Below, in pieces: positions 1 to 9,687 of a DNA stretch of 64,000 bases. Every line of letters begins with the position of its first letter. The first letter of the stretch is position 1. Location of the stretch: IMG/VR virus record IMGVR_UViG_3300034683_000333, one strand, 5' to 3'. Origin of the DNA: a virus. The notes beneath the pieces are model-generated. The model worked only from the letters and a program-made list of their open reading frames with translations, did no database searches and was not told the origin of the DNA. Both the position numbers and the translations under genes were made by a program.

Positions 1-929
1 TTATCGATCATATCGGTATTCCTAAATTCACTAACATCGTGTCCCGTTGCTAGAAAAGCATCACGCCATGGAATAAAGCGATTGATTTTCATTTCTTTGA
101 TGTTTTTTCGTAAATCGTCGGTAAGAAGTCCTTTTTCACCGAGAAACCGAATAAAATCTTTCCGATATTTTTCGGGATCGCTTCCAGGCTTTACCTGAAA
201 TCGTTCCATGGCCTTCGGATTGTTCAAATCCACAAGGGGTTTTATTCCTTCGCTTCGTGTCGTTAGAACGTGTTCGACGGCCAATTTGGGAACAATATCA
301 TAGAGAATCGTTCCCTTTTGAATCCCCCCCGTTTTCATGATTTCCTTAATCGCCCCCGTAACAAGATTTCGTAATAAATTTGGATTGTTCGTCTGCTATC
401 CAGCCGTAGCACCCAAAAATTCCCAGCCCATTTCCGATGACAGCGAAGAAATCATTTCATCGGGAAACTCGTGTTCGAGTCGCAAAACAAATGGACTCAA
501 CCGTTCTGTATTTTTGACTTTGTACATCTTTTTGAATTCTTCGGTTTGAAAAAGTTGCTCCACCTTATCAAGGCGTTTCTTTCTACCTTCACCATCGACG
601 AGTGAATGTAAAGCAGATTTTCCATTGAGTTTCTTTGGAATAAGTTCCATCATGTTCTTATAAATTTCGTGTGAAACACTATCATTTTCGCCCATCAAAT
701 CAAATTCATGAAATGTGTGAAATCCGCCCGAATAGGCTTCAAGCGTATCCATCCAATCGTTGTATTGTAGTGGATAATCTTTTCCTTTTGATTGGAGTTT
801 TTTAATTCTTTTTTGAAATTCATCGAGAGTTTGTTCTTTCACGTCCATTTTCCGTGAGTGCGATCGTACAGTTTCCACGTGACCTTGTTTGTGTCGAACG
901 TGACCTTTAATATTCACGAGTTTTTTCAT
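1..929 (-). CDS. Hypothetical, probably virion-associated protein; recoded (in-frame TAG at 396-398); runs off the left edge
   Basis: Track ORF 396..929 ends at TAG, but the frame stays open to position 1 (…GATAG*QTNNPNLLRNLVTGAIKEIMK…). Basic N-terminus VKGHVRHKQGHVETVRSHSRK; ACTAATT 35 nt upstream. Confidence 0.75.
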
Positions 930-977
930 TTATTGGACTCCAGACAAGTTATTCGATATCTAATAATTAGTTTTAAA

Positions 978-1006
978 TAAAAAAACACGCCAACTAGTGG
1001 CGTGTT
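978..1006 (-). terminator. Rho-independent terminator
   Basis: Stem AACACGCCA/TGGCGTGTT (984-1006) with a U-tract on the minus strand, downstream of 1044..1415. Confidence 0.7.
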
Positions 1007-1043
1007 AGGTGAAATTTTATTGATGATCAATTATTTTAACTTG

Positions 1044-1415
1044 TTATGAGACACGATAGATGTAAAAATCGTCGTCCTCTCCTTCGACAAAATTTTCAAC
1101 GCCATCATAAGTTGCAAGAATCCTACCCCGATCTTCATAATTTGCCAAGTCTTCCTTGTAGGAATCAACATCAAAGTACGAAAGAAGAAAATTGGGAATA
1201 TGCCGATCGATCATTTCTTCAACGTAAAGATCAATCTCACGATAAAAAGCTTCGTCTGCTTCTTCATCGGTCAGTACAAGATAATCACAACCATCATGTC
1301 TGAAGGCTGGACCATAAACATGATCAATTTCGGTGAGATCTTCAACATTAACGCCAAGAAATGTTGCAAGTGCCCGAGCTTCTTCCATGTTTTCAATGTT
1401 GTTCGTGTTTTCCAT
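1044..1415 (-). CDS. Small acidic hypothetical protein (early gene)
   Basis: 123 aa, D/E-rich, GGAGG SD, TAA stop, own sigma70 promoter. Confidence 0.75.
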   Translation of the reverse strand: MENTNNIENMEEARALATFLGVNVEDLTEIDHVYGPAFRHDGCDYLVLTDEEADEAFYREIDLYVEEMIDRHIPNFLLSYFDVDSYKEDLANYEDRGRILATYDGVENFVEGEDDDFYIYRVS

Positions 1416-1468
1416 TTTTACATCCTCCTAATGAAAGAGTTTAAAAAGCAACGATCATTATTAAAGCT

Positions 1469-1497
1469 ACTATACAATATTCTTTTATGTTTGTCAA
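1469..1497 (-). promoter_or_regulatory. sigma70-type promoter
   Basis: TTGACA-17 nt-TATAGT on the minus strand upstream of 1415. Confidence 0.75.
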
Positions 1498-1516
1498 TGA
1501 AAAAACAATAAAGGCA

Positions 1517-2065
1517 TTACTTCGTTGATAACTTAACCTTTTTTTCAATTGTTTTCCATCGTGATTTAAAAGCTTCTTCTGCTGAATGTGCCTTGGTTTC
1601 TCTAATTAACCTTAGACGACTTTGTTGATAATCTTCAAGTGAACCATCAGATAATATATGAATTACCTGCTCACCGTAGGTATTTAATATCGGAGAAATC
1701 AGAAGACCCCTATGACACACCAGTGGATCACCCTCGGAACACATAATGACAACCATGTCACCACTAAATGACAATAAATTTTTTATGTTTTTAAGAAACA
1801 GTGGTTCTTTTATATATAGTTCATAGGAAATATGCCCATTGGGGTAAAGATGAGGCAATTGTGGGCGGCCACCCAATTCTGGAATATGTTTATAAAATAT
1901 TCCATATTCTTGTAAAGTTGAAGCCAACGAACGTTGATTAAAATGGGGTACCCAACGACTATACGGAGCGGATCGAACATCAAATACAGATCGAATATTA
2001 TGATATTTCAATAACTCAATAAACTTATCCAACGTATGATTTGAATGTCCGATTGTAAAAAGCAT
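1517..2065 (-). CDS. DUF488 family protein
   Basis: Motifs FTIGHS, DVRSAPYSR, ELGGRP, MCSEGDPLVCHR typical of DUF488. Confidence 0.85.
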   Translation of the reverse strand: MLFTIGHSNHTLDKFIELLKYHNIRSVFDVRSAPYSRWVPHFNQRSLASTLQEYGIFYKHIPELGGRPQLPHLYPNGHISYELYIKEPLFLKNIKNLLSFSGDMVVIMCSEGDPLVCHRGLLISPILNTYGEQVIHILSDGSLEDYQQSRLRLIRETKAHSAEEAFKSRWKTIEKKVKLSTK

Positions 2066-2076
2066 AGCAATCCTTT

Positions 2077-2594
2077 TTATTTCGATAAAACCAAATATCG
2101 ATCATCAAGGTATTTATCGAGCAATTTTTTAACATCCGAAAAATCAAGCTCACCAGCCCCGCATCCAGGCCGAGGCATGGCAATCAATGGGAAAATTGAC
2201 TTGTTTACGAGATTGACAAGCTCCCGCAAACTACGTTCAATAATCTCAATATCCGCTTTAGCCGCCCATCCCGGAACCCTATCACCCGGTTTAAATCGAT
2301 TCATCATGTGCGTGACCACATTGTTTCCATTGAAAATTACAAAATCGGGTTTTACGGGAAATGAAAAAATGGCCTTTCCGTCTTTTTTCGATTTTCCCAA
2401 AAGAAGACGTGATTTCCATGTTCAAGGATTCGTTTTCCCAAAACCGCATCAATTCCGGGATAGCGGTCACGGGCTTCCTTGGCACACCCACGGCCCATGA
2501 CGGCTCTCCCAGTCTTTTTCGATACATATCCGTTTGTTGTGATGACTACAACATCGTAATTCCACAAATCATCGTTTTTGTAAATGGGTGGCAT
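2077..2594 (-). CDS. Macro-domain (ADP-ribose-binding/hydrolase-like) protein split by a -1 frameshift
   Basis: 5' ORF 2352..2594 has ITTNG…AVMGRGCAKEA; 3' ORF 2077..2400 has FSFPVK…IAMPRPGCGAGEL. They overlap at an in-phase A_AAA_AAG heptamer (2382-2388). Confidence 0.7.
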
Positions 2595-2604
2595 CTAAAA
2601 GTCC

Positions 2605-3105
2605 TTATTCCTTTTTTCGGGGCCAAAGTCCAAGTACAAGAAGTCGGAAAAGACCCCATATTGTATATTTCTCAAACTGTTCACCTTGTTTCATGCTCGA
2701 AATTAACCAGCTATAATACTCCGGTTCGGATTCCTTGTATGCCATTTCGAAATATTCTTCTTGTGTAGGTACAGAAACATTAACGGGTTGATCATCAATT
2801 TCAATCACAACTTTAACAACTTCAAGCTCATTAGGTTTAAATGGATTTTGCGGCATTTGATAATGCGCTTTGTAATCTTCTGTGTTCGTTTGACGAACGT
2901 ATTCAGCATGATATGGATTATCGACCAACCATAGACCATAGTGGGGAGAATCAACAGCACCCGCCCCACTATTATCAATTACCAATTTGTGAACAACATC
3001 AGCACCGGAAAAATCATCTTCCCAATAACCTGGTGTTGTCTCAACAGACAAGAGCTTTTTAGCTATCTTGTGGCGTAATCCATACTTAATCAATTTTTCA
3101 CCCAT
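2605..3105 (-). CDS. Hypothetical protein
   Basis: Open frame with ATG at 3105 and TAA stop, in a co-oriented operon. Confidence 0.65.
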   Translation of the reverse strand: MGEKLIKYGLRHKIAKKLLSVETTPGYWEDDFSGADVVHKLVIDNSGAGAVDSPHYGLWLVDNPYHAEYVRQTNTEDYKAHYQMPQNPFKPNELEVVKVVIEIDDQPVNVSVPTQEEYFEMAYKESEPEYYSWLISSMKQGEQFEKYTIWGLFRLLVLGLWPRKKE

Positions 3106-3298
3106 GGTATACCCCACTTTCGATGCGGTAACTCACCTATCCATTCGAAGATCTGCAAGTGCTTTAGTAAGATCCAAACTTGCCCTTCGAACAGCCGCAG
3201 TATACGAAAGAAAATTGTATGCTTCAAATTCTAATTTACTATCGGGAGATAGAGAAATTTTTTCTTCTTTAACGAAAAATGCGAGAAGTCTCCACCTT

Positions 3299-4606
3299 CT
3301 ATAAGGTGGAGATGAATCGCTCACAAATGTAGTTATTATTTCTGTACATCAGTTGTAGTTTTTTGGTATTTATTTGTTTGTATTTATCAGACAATTGCAA
3401 ATAATTACCATAGATGTCTTGTATATATACCCAATTGTTCGTAAAACCACTGATAAACCCTGTCTTATCGATGTCTGATATATATACTTTATCCCATAAA
3501 CACCATTTATTGCCGTTAACCACTATTTCCTTTGTATTCTTGCTGTTACGTTTTGCTTCTCTGTTTGGTTCTTTCCTGCCTTTACGTGGTATTTCTTCAT
3601 GCAGGCTTCTCTTCTTCTTACGAACCTGCTTTATATAGTACCACACGTTATCCTGCCATCTTGGTTTTATCCCTGCTATTGCTATAGCATCGTTTATATG
3701 CGACTTTTCCAATTTCCATTCCCTGCGTGTTCTTCTGGTATACAAACCAAATGTATATCCTGTAGGTGCTATTTTCTGCAACATCGGAACAAGATAATCT
3801 CTCAAAACATTCATGAATACTGTAGAACGAAAATCCTCGATTTTAGATGGTTCTTGTCCGGTAAATTGCTTGTAATTCATATTTCCTTTCGCTCTATTAT
3901 GTGCTTCACAACAACAAACTAGATTTGACGGATTGTCTGTCCCACCTTTGCTTCTTGGAATAATGTGGTCTACTGTCAATTTCCCTGAACATGGTATATC
4001 AGGTCTTAACTTGGCATAATGGCACTTAAAACCATCTCTGATTTTCACATATTCCTTAACACTGTCAAAACCATGCATTCTGCCTTTTTGATATTCTTCA
4101 CCATGAATGTTTGGATTGAGAATAGCCTGTATATCAAATCGTGCTACTTCTACTCTGATTTCTTTTATTGGAATTATCTGAGCAAGTTTTTTGATGAGAT
4201 TGTAGTGTGCTTCTACTCTTGCCCTTATAGATGGTGGTAACCATCCTTCTGGTCTTCTGCGGTTAAGAAATCTGGGTTTGCGATAACGTGTTTTCCTATT
4301 CCTTCTTGCTCTTCTGAGTCTGCGCCTTGTTTCTATATTTTCTTTTATATCCTGCCTCAACTCTACCTGTGCCTTGTAAATCACCCTGCCGTCTTCAGTT
4401 GTAACTGCTATACCGACATTTTTACTTCCTGCATCAATTCCCACTATGCACTTCTGCTTATATCCACTACTTCCATACAAAAGTTGAATCGTGAAAGGTT
4501 CTTTCTTAACCACTTTTGCTTTTCCCTGTTTCAACAGTTTTCTTGCTTTTGATGGTTTGCACGGCATAAGGGGTTTTCCATGCTTGTTAAGTACGAACAC
4601 TAACAA
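3299..4606 (-). CDS. iscB: RNA-guided endonuclease IscB
   Basis: PLMP N-terminus (GKPLMPC), RuvC-I GIDAG, RRXRR bridge helix, RuvC-II IRVEVARFD, HNH VDHIIPRSKGG…NLVCCCEAHN, RuvC-III SHINDA. Confidence 0.95.
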   Translation of the reverse strand: MLVFVLNKHGKPLMPCKPSKARKLLKQGKAKVVKKEPFTIQLLYGSSGYKQKCIVGIDAGSKNVGIAVTTEDGRVIYKAQVELRQDIKENIETRRRLRRARRNRKTRYRKPRFLNRRRPEGWLPPSIRARVEAHYNLIKKLAQIIPIKEIRVEVARFDIQAILNPNIHGEEYQKGRMHGFDSVKEYVKIRDGFKCHYAKLRPDIPCSGKLTVDHIIPRSKGGTDNPSNLVCCCEAHNRAKGNMNYKQFTGQEPSKIEDFRSTVFMNVLRDYLVPMLQKIAPTGYTFGLYTRRTRREWKLEKSHINDAIAIAGIKPRWQDNVWYYIKQVRKKKRSLHEEIPRKGRKEPNREAKRNSKNTKEIVVNGNKWCLWDKVYISDIDKTGFISGFTNNWVYIQDIYGNYLQLSDKYKQINTKKLQLMYRNNNYICERFISTL

Positions 4607-4847
4607 GAAGTGTTCCTCCTTTCGGAGTTATTTTGCCCATCCCCAATGTTAGACTGGCTTGTTATGCATGTACCACCGTCCCTACCCCTCAGGACTGTTT
4701 AGGTACATGCGACAGAGCATGGGACTTGGGCATCATCCCATGGTGTCATGACCAGCCTAACGTAGCCCGATGGCGTTTTAGCCCTGGCTGAGGGTAGTCA
4801 ACTAAGGCTTTTGCAAGCCTCCACCTCTATAGGTGGTGGGTAGTTGA
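4607..4847 (-). ncRNA. Putative omegaRNA scaffold of IscB
   Basis: Non-coding, hairpin-rich 240 nt between the element end (GTCAACTACCC…) and the iscB start, the established position of omegaRNA. Boundaries inferred. Confidence 0.7.
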
Positions 4848-4876
4848 CGGCATCTTCCTCCACATAATTATCAAAA

Positions 4877-5200
4877 TCAATTAAGCTCTCCTAGCCATCG
4901 GATGTATTTCTCTAATTCTTTTTTGGCTTTAGTTTTTATAGTTTCAAATTCATCTCTACTATTAAGATATTTATTTCCGAAGTCTTTAACGATCAGACCA
5001 CGATTATTTACTGTAAATCGTAGTTTATGTTTGGTGGCGATATCTCCCAGTACATCGACTAAATCGGCTGAAGTGTAAATGGCAATCCTCAACGAGAACG
5101 GAGAAAGCCAATTGTCACCAAGTTCGTGTAAATCAATATAATAATCAATGCCCGATTTTGTGAGTTTATCAATAACTTCCCGAAAGGCCCTTTTTGTCAT
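4877..5200 (-). CDS. Hypothetical protein
   Basis: ATG at 5200 overlaps the upstream stop; TGA stop. Confidence 0.65.
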   Translation of the reverse strand: MTKRAFREVIDKLTKSGIDYYIDLHELGDNWLSPFSLRIAIYTSADLVDVLGDIATKHKLRFTVNNRGLIVKDFGNKYLNSRDEFETIKTKAKKELEKYIRWLGELN

Positions 5201-5733
5201 TGATTTTCTCCGTAAAACCCCCATTTAGTAAAAAAATGAAAGGCTTTATCGTAAGCATAAAGCGTATTTTTTTCCCATGTTTTGTAAATGGGTTTGTTTA
5301 TCAAACCATGACGTGGAAATTTATCTGTAGGGTCTGTTAGGTAAAATGAACGTACACTAACATTTACACCATCATAAAAAATAAGGTCGAACCAATCAAA
5401 TAAAACGAGACAAGCGTTAGAATATTTTTTGGAGTTAATGAGTGGATAGATGGGTGTCCCCAAATTTAGTCTTACATGTTGTGGAACCGTTGTTATTTCT
5501 TTTATCAAATACATTGGCACATTAATTTCAACACTTTGTTCTTGAATTGGCGCTGTAAGTTTTATAAGGCCGCCTCTCTCATATCTCATTTCGTATTTTG
5601 TTTTGGTATATGGTTCGTAGATACCGTCTTCTAAAATGTCAAAAAACTTTAATCCCATGAAATATTCTTTTGATTGAGTACACGCACTTGCGAAATAATA
5701 TTCTTTGATAGCTGGATGGATTTGATGACCCAT
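5197..5733 (-). CDS. Hypothetical protein
   Basis: 178 aa ORF with GGAG SD, in the operon. Confidence 0.65.
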   Translation of the reverse strand: MGHQIHPAIKEYYFASACTQSKEYFMGLKFFDILEDGIYEPYTKTKYEMRYERGGLIKLTAPIQEQSVEINVPMYLIKEITTVPQHVRLNLGTPIYPLINSKKYSNACLVLFDWFDLIFYDGVNVSVRSFYLTDPTDKFPRHGLINKPIYKTWEKNTLYAYDKAFHFFTKWGFYGENQ

Positions 5734-5769
5734 TGTGACTATCTCCGATTGATTGAAGAAAAACTAAAA

Positions 5770-5979
5770 TTATACACACTGCATAATATCATCGAGAACG
5801 CTAATGAGATATGTTACATAATTATAATTAAACTTAATGATATGATCAGAATCAATATATCCAAACTTTTTACAAATTTTCTTAAATTTGTTAAATCTCA
5901 TAATGGCAATCTCAATGTCATCGTTCACCGATTGGATCACACAATCAAGACTACTCATCCTACGGACCCCAATCTTCAA
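5770..5979 (-). CDS. Hypothetical protein
   Basis: Short co-oriented ORF. Confidence 0.5.
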   Translation of the reverse strand: MKIGVRRMSSLDCVIQSVNDDIEIAIMRFNKFKKICKKFGYIDSDHIIKFNYNYVTYLISVLDDIMQCV

Positions 5980-6112
5980 TTCAAGTTTATGTTACTATAA
6001 CGGAACGGACAGGATTAGTCAATAAAAAAAATGCGCATATCTAAACAACAAAAATATCAATTTGAACTATATCGTCTCATTTTAATGTATAATTCCCTGC
6101 ATCCCATCTTGA

Positions 6113-6391
6113 TTAGGTGGTAAATGAGGAACACAAGGCCAACAATTGCCAAACATGAAAGTGCCCAAACAACAAATAACATAACCCAATAGAAAACAAA
6201 AAACAGTATCTTGGGCGGCCATAGCAAAAAATTTTCGATTTCATGTTATGCGAAATTTGTAATCTCCGATAAGCACCAGCAAGAACCCTCAATGCCCACG
6301 CCAAATCAAACTTATCATGTTTTTCACACGACTTGTTAAAATCATGTGGATCGATCGAATCAGCCAATTGCAATGCGTCTTTTGTGTTCAT
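6113..6391 (-). CDS. Hypothetical protein with hydrophobic C-terminus
   Basis: GGAGG SD; follows the SNF2 gene. Confidence 0.55.
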   Translation of the reverse strand: MNTKDALQLADSIDPHDFNKSCEKHDKFDLAWALRVLAGAYRRLQISHNMKSKIFCYGRPRYCFLFSIGLCYLLFGHFHVWQLLALCSSFTT

Positions 6392-6409
6392 AGTAACACC
6401 TCCGCATTT

Positions 6410-8605
6410 TTATTTTTCGGATGCCTTCCTACCACGCCTTTTCGGAAGAAATGCCTTGATCAAACTTTTTACAACAACATCACGCTTGGACTCGATCAAA
6501 GAATAGATGTTTTCTTCAATCGTTCCTTCAGCAATAAGATACCAAGCGTTGACCGTGTTCTTCTGTCCAATACGATGGCAACGATCTTCCGCTTGGTCGT
6601 GGGTCGCCGGGTTCCAGCCAAGCTCCACAAAGAGCACGTGGGATGCGGCAGTAAGCGTCAGACCAACACCAGCCGCCTTGAGCGAACAGATGATAAGGCG
6701 GCAATCGGGATCGTTTTGGAACGTGTCCACAGCCGCTTGACGATCCACGGAAGCATCATCGCCGAAAATATGGACGGGGTTGTAATCGGCAAACCGTTTG
6801 ATAAGCTCACGTCCGACTTCCCGATGATCCACAAAGACCACCAGCTTTTGGACCGATTCCAGAGTGTCGGAAATCCAATTACAAACCGATTCCATCTTAG
6901 CTTTGACGGCCAACTGCTTGAGCTTTTCAATCCTGACCAACGCTTCGGCCTGAAGGCTGTCATATGCTCGATCTTCTTCCCCACGCTTCGTGTATTCATC
7001 CACGAGCCACTTTTTGAAATTAGCAACGGCCTTGTTGTATTCACCCAGGGAAACACGAATGGGAATAACGGTTCGTTGCTTTTCGGGAAGCTCCGTCAAA
7101 ACATCGGCCTTCTCACGACGGATCATCACCGTGGCCCGGAGACGTTCTTGGAGTTCATCAAGGTTCGAAGCCCCGCTAAAATCCCACCCAAATCTGGTTT
7201 TGTAGGCATCACAGTAGCGCTTCGCAAAGTTAAAGAATCCACCAAATTCGTTGAGCTTTCCCAAAAACTCCAACTGAGTGGTAAGCTCAATCGGACGATT
7301 CACAATGGGGGTTCCCGTCAAACAGATCTTCACGGGGATCTTTTCCGAAAGCTCCAGACAAGCCTTGGAGCGAAGAGCCTTCTTATTCTTGATGTAGTGG
7401 CTTTCGTCCAATACAATCGCCTTGAAATCCACGTTCTTGAGATCGTCCATGCGGCGGTTCAAAAGATCGTAGGAAATGATGATCACATCCGCCGAATAAT
7501 CATTGTTTTTTCCATTGATTACCGAAATGGAGACACCAGGAATCCACCTCTTGAATTCACGCTCCCAATTGATCGTAAGCGAAGCCGGACAAACAACAAT
7601 ACACGGATAAGCTTTCTTTAGTGCAACCGTGCAAATTGCCTGGATCGTCTTACCCAATCCCATCTCATCGGCAATCAAGACGGCATCACGTTTGCTGGCA
7701 AAATAGACACCGGCATTCTGGAACGGACGAAGTGTTCCAGTAAATCCTGGAATATTCAAATCAACGTCAATTTCAACCATCTTACTTTCTTCGATGGCTT
7801 TTTTGGCCTCGGCAATTTTTTCGTCAATCACCCGATGAAGGTGATCAACACCATCAAAATCACCAACAACTTCATCAATCTTGTCCTTGGGGACATCCAT
7901 AACCTTTTCAAGTGTTGCGATCCATTTCTTGGTCTTTGGTTCAAATCGTGCCTTGAAGGTTTCCTTAATCGCATCCTTGAGATTGGGATCATAGGTAAAC
8001 GAAAAGATCACAGATTGTCCATCAATCGTGATACGACGATGGGGACGAATCGAGCGGGTTTTTTGAAGAATATCTTCCACCGTCGAATCGACGGCTACGA
8101 TTCCATTCGTCTTCACGGCATGGACGAATTTTTCAAAACCACGAACGGAATCAATAAAATTCGTGTCGATTTTCCACTGCTTCGTGTCCCAGTCAAATCG
8201 AGGCTTTGCATAGGATTTCAACATATCAATGAGAGTCTTGTCCTTGGGAATCCTAATCGAGATCACTTTTCCGTCAAAATCTGCAAAGACGGCCTTTTGG
8301 GGTTTGGGAGCACTCTTGGAAAGCTTCAACAACTTATTGTACTTTTTTTCAAGCCTTTCAAAGAGTTCGGGAAACTGGCCCTTGTACTTGATCAATCGGG
8401 AATAGATGTTTTGGATGGTTTCAAACGATTCATCCCAGACGGGGTTAAAATAGATTTGATTCATGAATCGAACATCATATTTGTTGAATCCACGCCCGTC
8501 TTCTGAAACGGCACCATCACAAACACCCTTCAGGTTCTCAATGATGACAACCATATCCGAGAAAACTTCCTGACAAAAATTGTGAAAATCTTTCATCATC
8601 AACAC
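6410..8605 (-). CDS. SNF2/SWI2-family (SMARCAL1/HARP-like) helicase-ATPase
   Basis: LRPFQ, ADEMGLGKT (Walker A), VVCPAS, DESH, LTGTP, GVGLTLTAA, QAEDRCHRIGQ. Two HARP-like repeats (FDWDTKQW, FEPKTKKW) N-terminal. No in-frame TAG in 731 codons. Confidence 0.9.
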   Translation of the reverse strand: MLMMKDFHNFCQEVFSDMVVIIENLKGVCDGAVSEDGRGFNKYDVRFMNQIYFNPVWDESFETIQNIYSRLIKYKGQFPELFERLEKKYNKLLKLSKSAPKPQKAVFADFDGKVISIRIPKDKTLIDMLKSYAKPRFDWDTKQWKIDTNFIDSVRGFEKFVHAVKTNGIVAVDSTVEDILQKTRSIRPHRRITIDGQSVIFSFTYDPNLKDAIKETFKARFEPKTKKWIATLEKVMDVPKDKIDEVVGDFDGVDHLHRVIDEKIAEAKKAIEESKMVEIDVDLNIPGFTGTLRPFQNAGVYFASKRDAVLIADEMGLGKTIQAICTVALKKAYPCIVVCPASLTINWEREFKRWIPGVSISVINGKNNDYSADVIIISYDLLNRRMDDLKNVDFKAIVLDESHYIKNKKALRSKACLELSEKIPVKICLTGTPIVNRPIELTTQLEFLGKLNEFGGFFNFAKRYCDAYKTRFGWDFSGASNLDELQERLRATVMIRREKADVLTELPEKQRTVIPIRVSLGEYNKAVANFKKWLVDEYTKRGEEDRAYDSLQAEALVRIEKLKQLAVKAKMESVCNWISDTLESVQKLVVFVDHREVGRELIKRFADYNPVHIFGDDASVDRQAAVDTFQNDPDCRLIICSLKAAGVGLTLTAASHVLFVELGWNPATHDQAEDRCHRIGQKNTVNAWYLIAEGTIEENIYSLIESKRDVVVKSLIKAFLPKRRGRKASEK

Positions 8606-8626
8606 CCCCCTGTTTTGTTTGATTCT

Positions 8627-8656
8627 CTTATATCAAATTAAGGATGTGGTTGTCAA
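8627..8656 (-). promoter_or_regulatory. sigma70-type promoter for the SNF2 gene
   Basis: TTGACA-18 nt-TATAAG. Confidence 0.6.
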
Positions 8657-8775
8657 TTAAAAAATGATATTATAGAGCATTTATTAAACTTTTATTAACC
8701 ATTCAATAAGTCATTAACAATTGTAAAAACAAAAAAGCCGGTCATTGTTAGACCGGCGAAAAGATGTTTTTTTTT

Positions 8776-9000
8776 TTATTTATTAAACTCTTTAACTGCA
8801 ACAACCGACCACTTGTGAAGTGCAGTTTCAAGTTTTCCCAATCTGCCAGAAGGCAAACGATAAAGTTTTTTATCTGCAACATACACGTGTTTTTTGAATT
8901 CTTTTAGTTTTTCTTTATATTCATTATTGAAAGCATACATTTCATGGAGAAGAAAAAGATCACGTGCCAGTACACTCACCATCTTTCTATCAACTTTCAT
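8776..9000 (-). CDS. Hypothetical protein
   Basis: GGAGG SD, TAA stop, followed by a hairpin at about 8736-8756. Confidence 0.6.
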   Translation of the reverse strand: MKVDRKMVSVLARDLFLLHEMYAFNNEYKEKLKEFKKHVYVADKKLYRLPSGRLGKLETALHKWSVVAVKEFNK

Positions 9001-9056
9001 GATTGGCCTCCTATTGTTCTTGTTGATAATCTTATATCACATGAAATAAATGATTG

Positions 9057-9401
9057 TCAAGAATCCTCTTCCCAATCCATTAGAATGCGTTCCCACATTG
9101 GCATAATTCCTTTACGTTTCCATACATTACCACAATGATTACAAACAATGTGAACAACAATATATGCCATGTGAAGATCTGCCCCATCCATTCGAACATA
9201 ACCTGCAAGATACCCACATTTTTTGCACACAAAGTTCATTCCATCGGCAAATCTTGTGTCATCAAAAACTGGAAGAAATTTATTTGTAACATCGTCATAC
9301 CACCACACAACCCAATCGAGTTGATTGTAGAACCATTTAAATTTTTTGTATTCATCTATTTTAATAACTTTCTGTTGCATGGTTTTACTCTTAGTCATCA
9401 A
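9057..9401 (-). CDS. Small CxxC…CxxC zinc-ribbon protein
   Basis: CKKCG and CNHCG motifs. Confidence 0.65.
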   Translation of the reverse strand: MMTKSKTMQQKVIKIDEYKKFKWFYNQLDWVVWWYDDVTNKFLPVFDDTRFADGMNFVCKKCGYLAGYVRMDGADLHMAYIVVHIVCNHCGNVWKRKGIMPMWERILMDWEEDS

Positions 9402-9687
9402 AAGATACGACTTTAATCAAATCGTCATTGAGCATTGTTGCCAACGCTTCAGTTTTTTCATTTGATTCAGTAATTTTAAGAAGAATGATTTTACCATGAA
9501 GAGATTGGATGTAAGAACAATTATAGGGAGTTTCGCATGTATAGACTTCATCACACATATTACAAGCTTCTTCAATGCAATACGGGCAACCTTTTTTGCT
9601 CAAATTCTTCAAAACATCTATGGCTAGCTTACCCTTTTCTGACTATACTTTTTCACAATTAGTACATTTAAACCATAAAATTTTCAC
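9391..9687 (-). CDS. Cys-rich hypothetical protein; recoded (TAG at 9643)
   Basis: GTG at 9687 overlaps the speD TGA and has an AAGGAG SD: MKILWFKCTNCEKV*SEKGKLAIDVLKNLSKKGCPYC…. Confidence 0.7.

Larger units (their letters stand above)
3273..4847 (-). mobile_element. IS200/IS605-superfamily IscB (OMEGA) element, non-autonomous (no tnpA)
   Basis: Subterminal hairpins (CTCCACCTT…AAGGTGGAG at about 3290-3311; CCACCTCTATAGGTGG at 4821-4836). Left flank ends in TTTAA; right end TTGA|C. Confidence 0.8.
3133..4876 (-). pseudogene. Small ORF interrupted by the IscB element
   Basis: Joining 4848 to 3272 restores …NYVEEDA|VKEEKISLSPDSKLEFEAY…DLRMDR* in one frame; the start codon is unclear. Confidence 0.5.

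Noticed and set aside
6317-8506. Long plus-strand ORFs 6317..7621 and 7835..8506
   Set aside because: Antisense shadows of the SNF2 gene, with no SD or motifs. The same applies to most short opposite-strand track ORFs (for example 2045, 36109, 43352, 49996, 56865, 57104).
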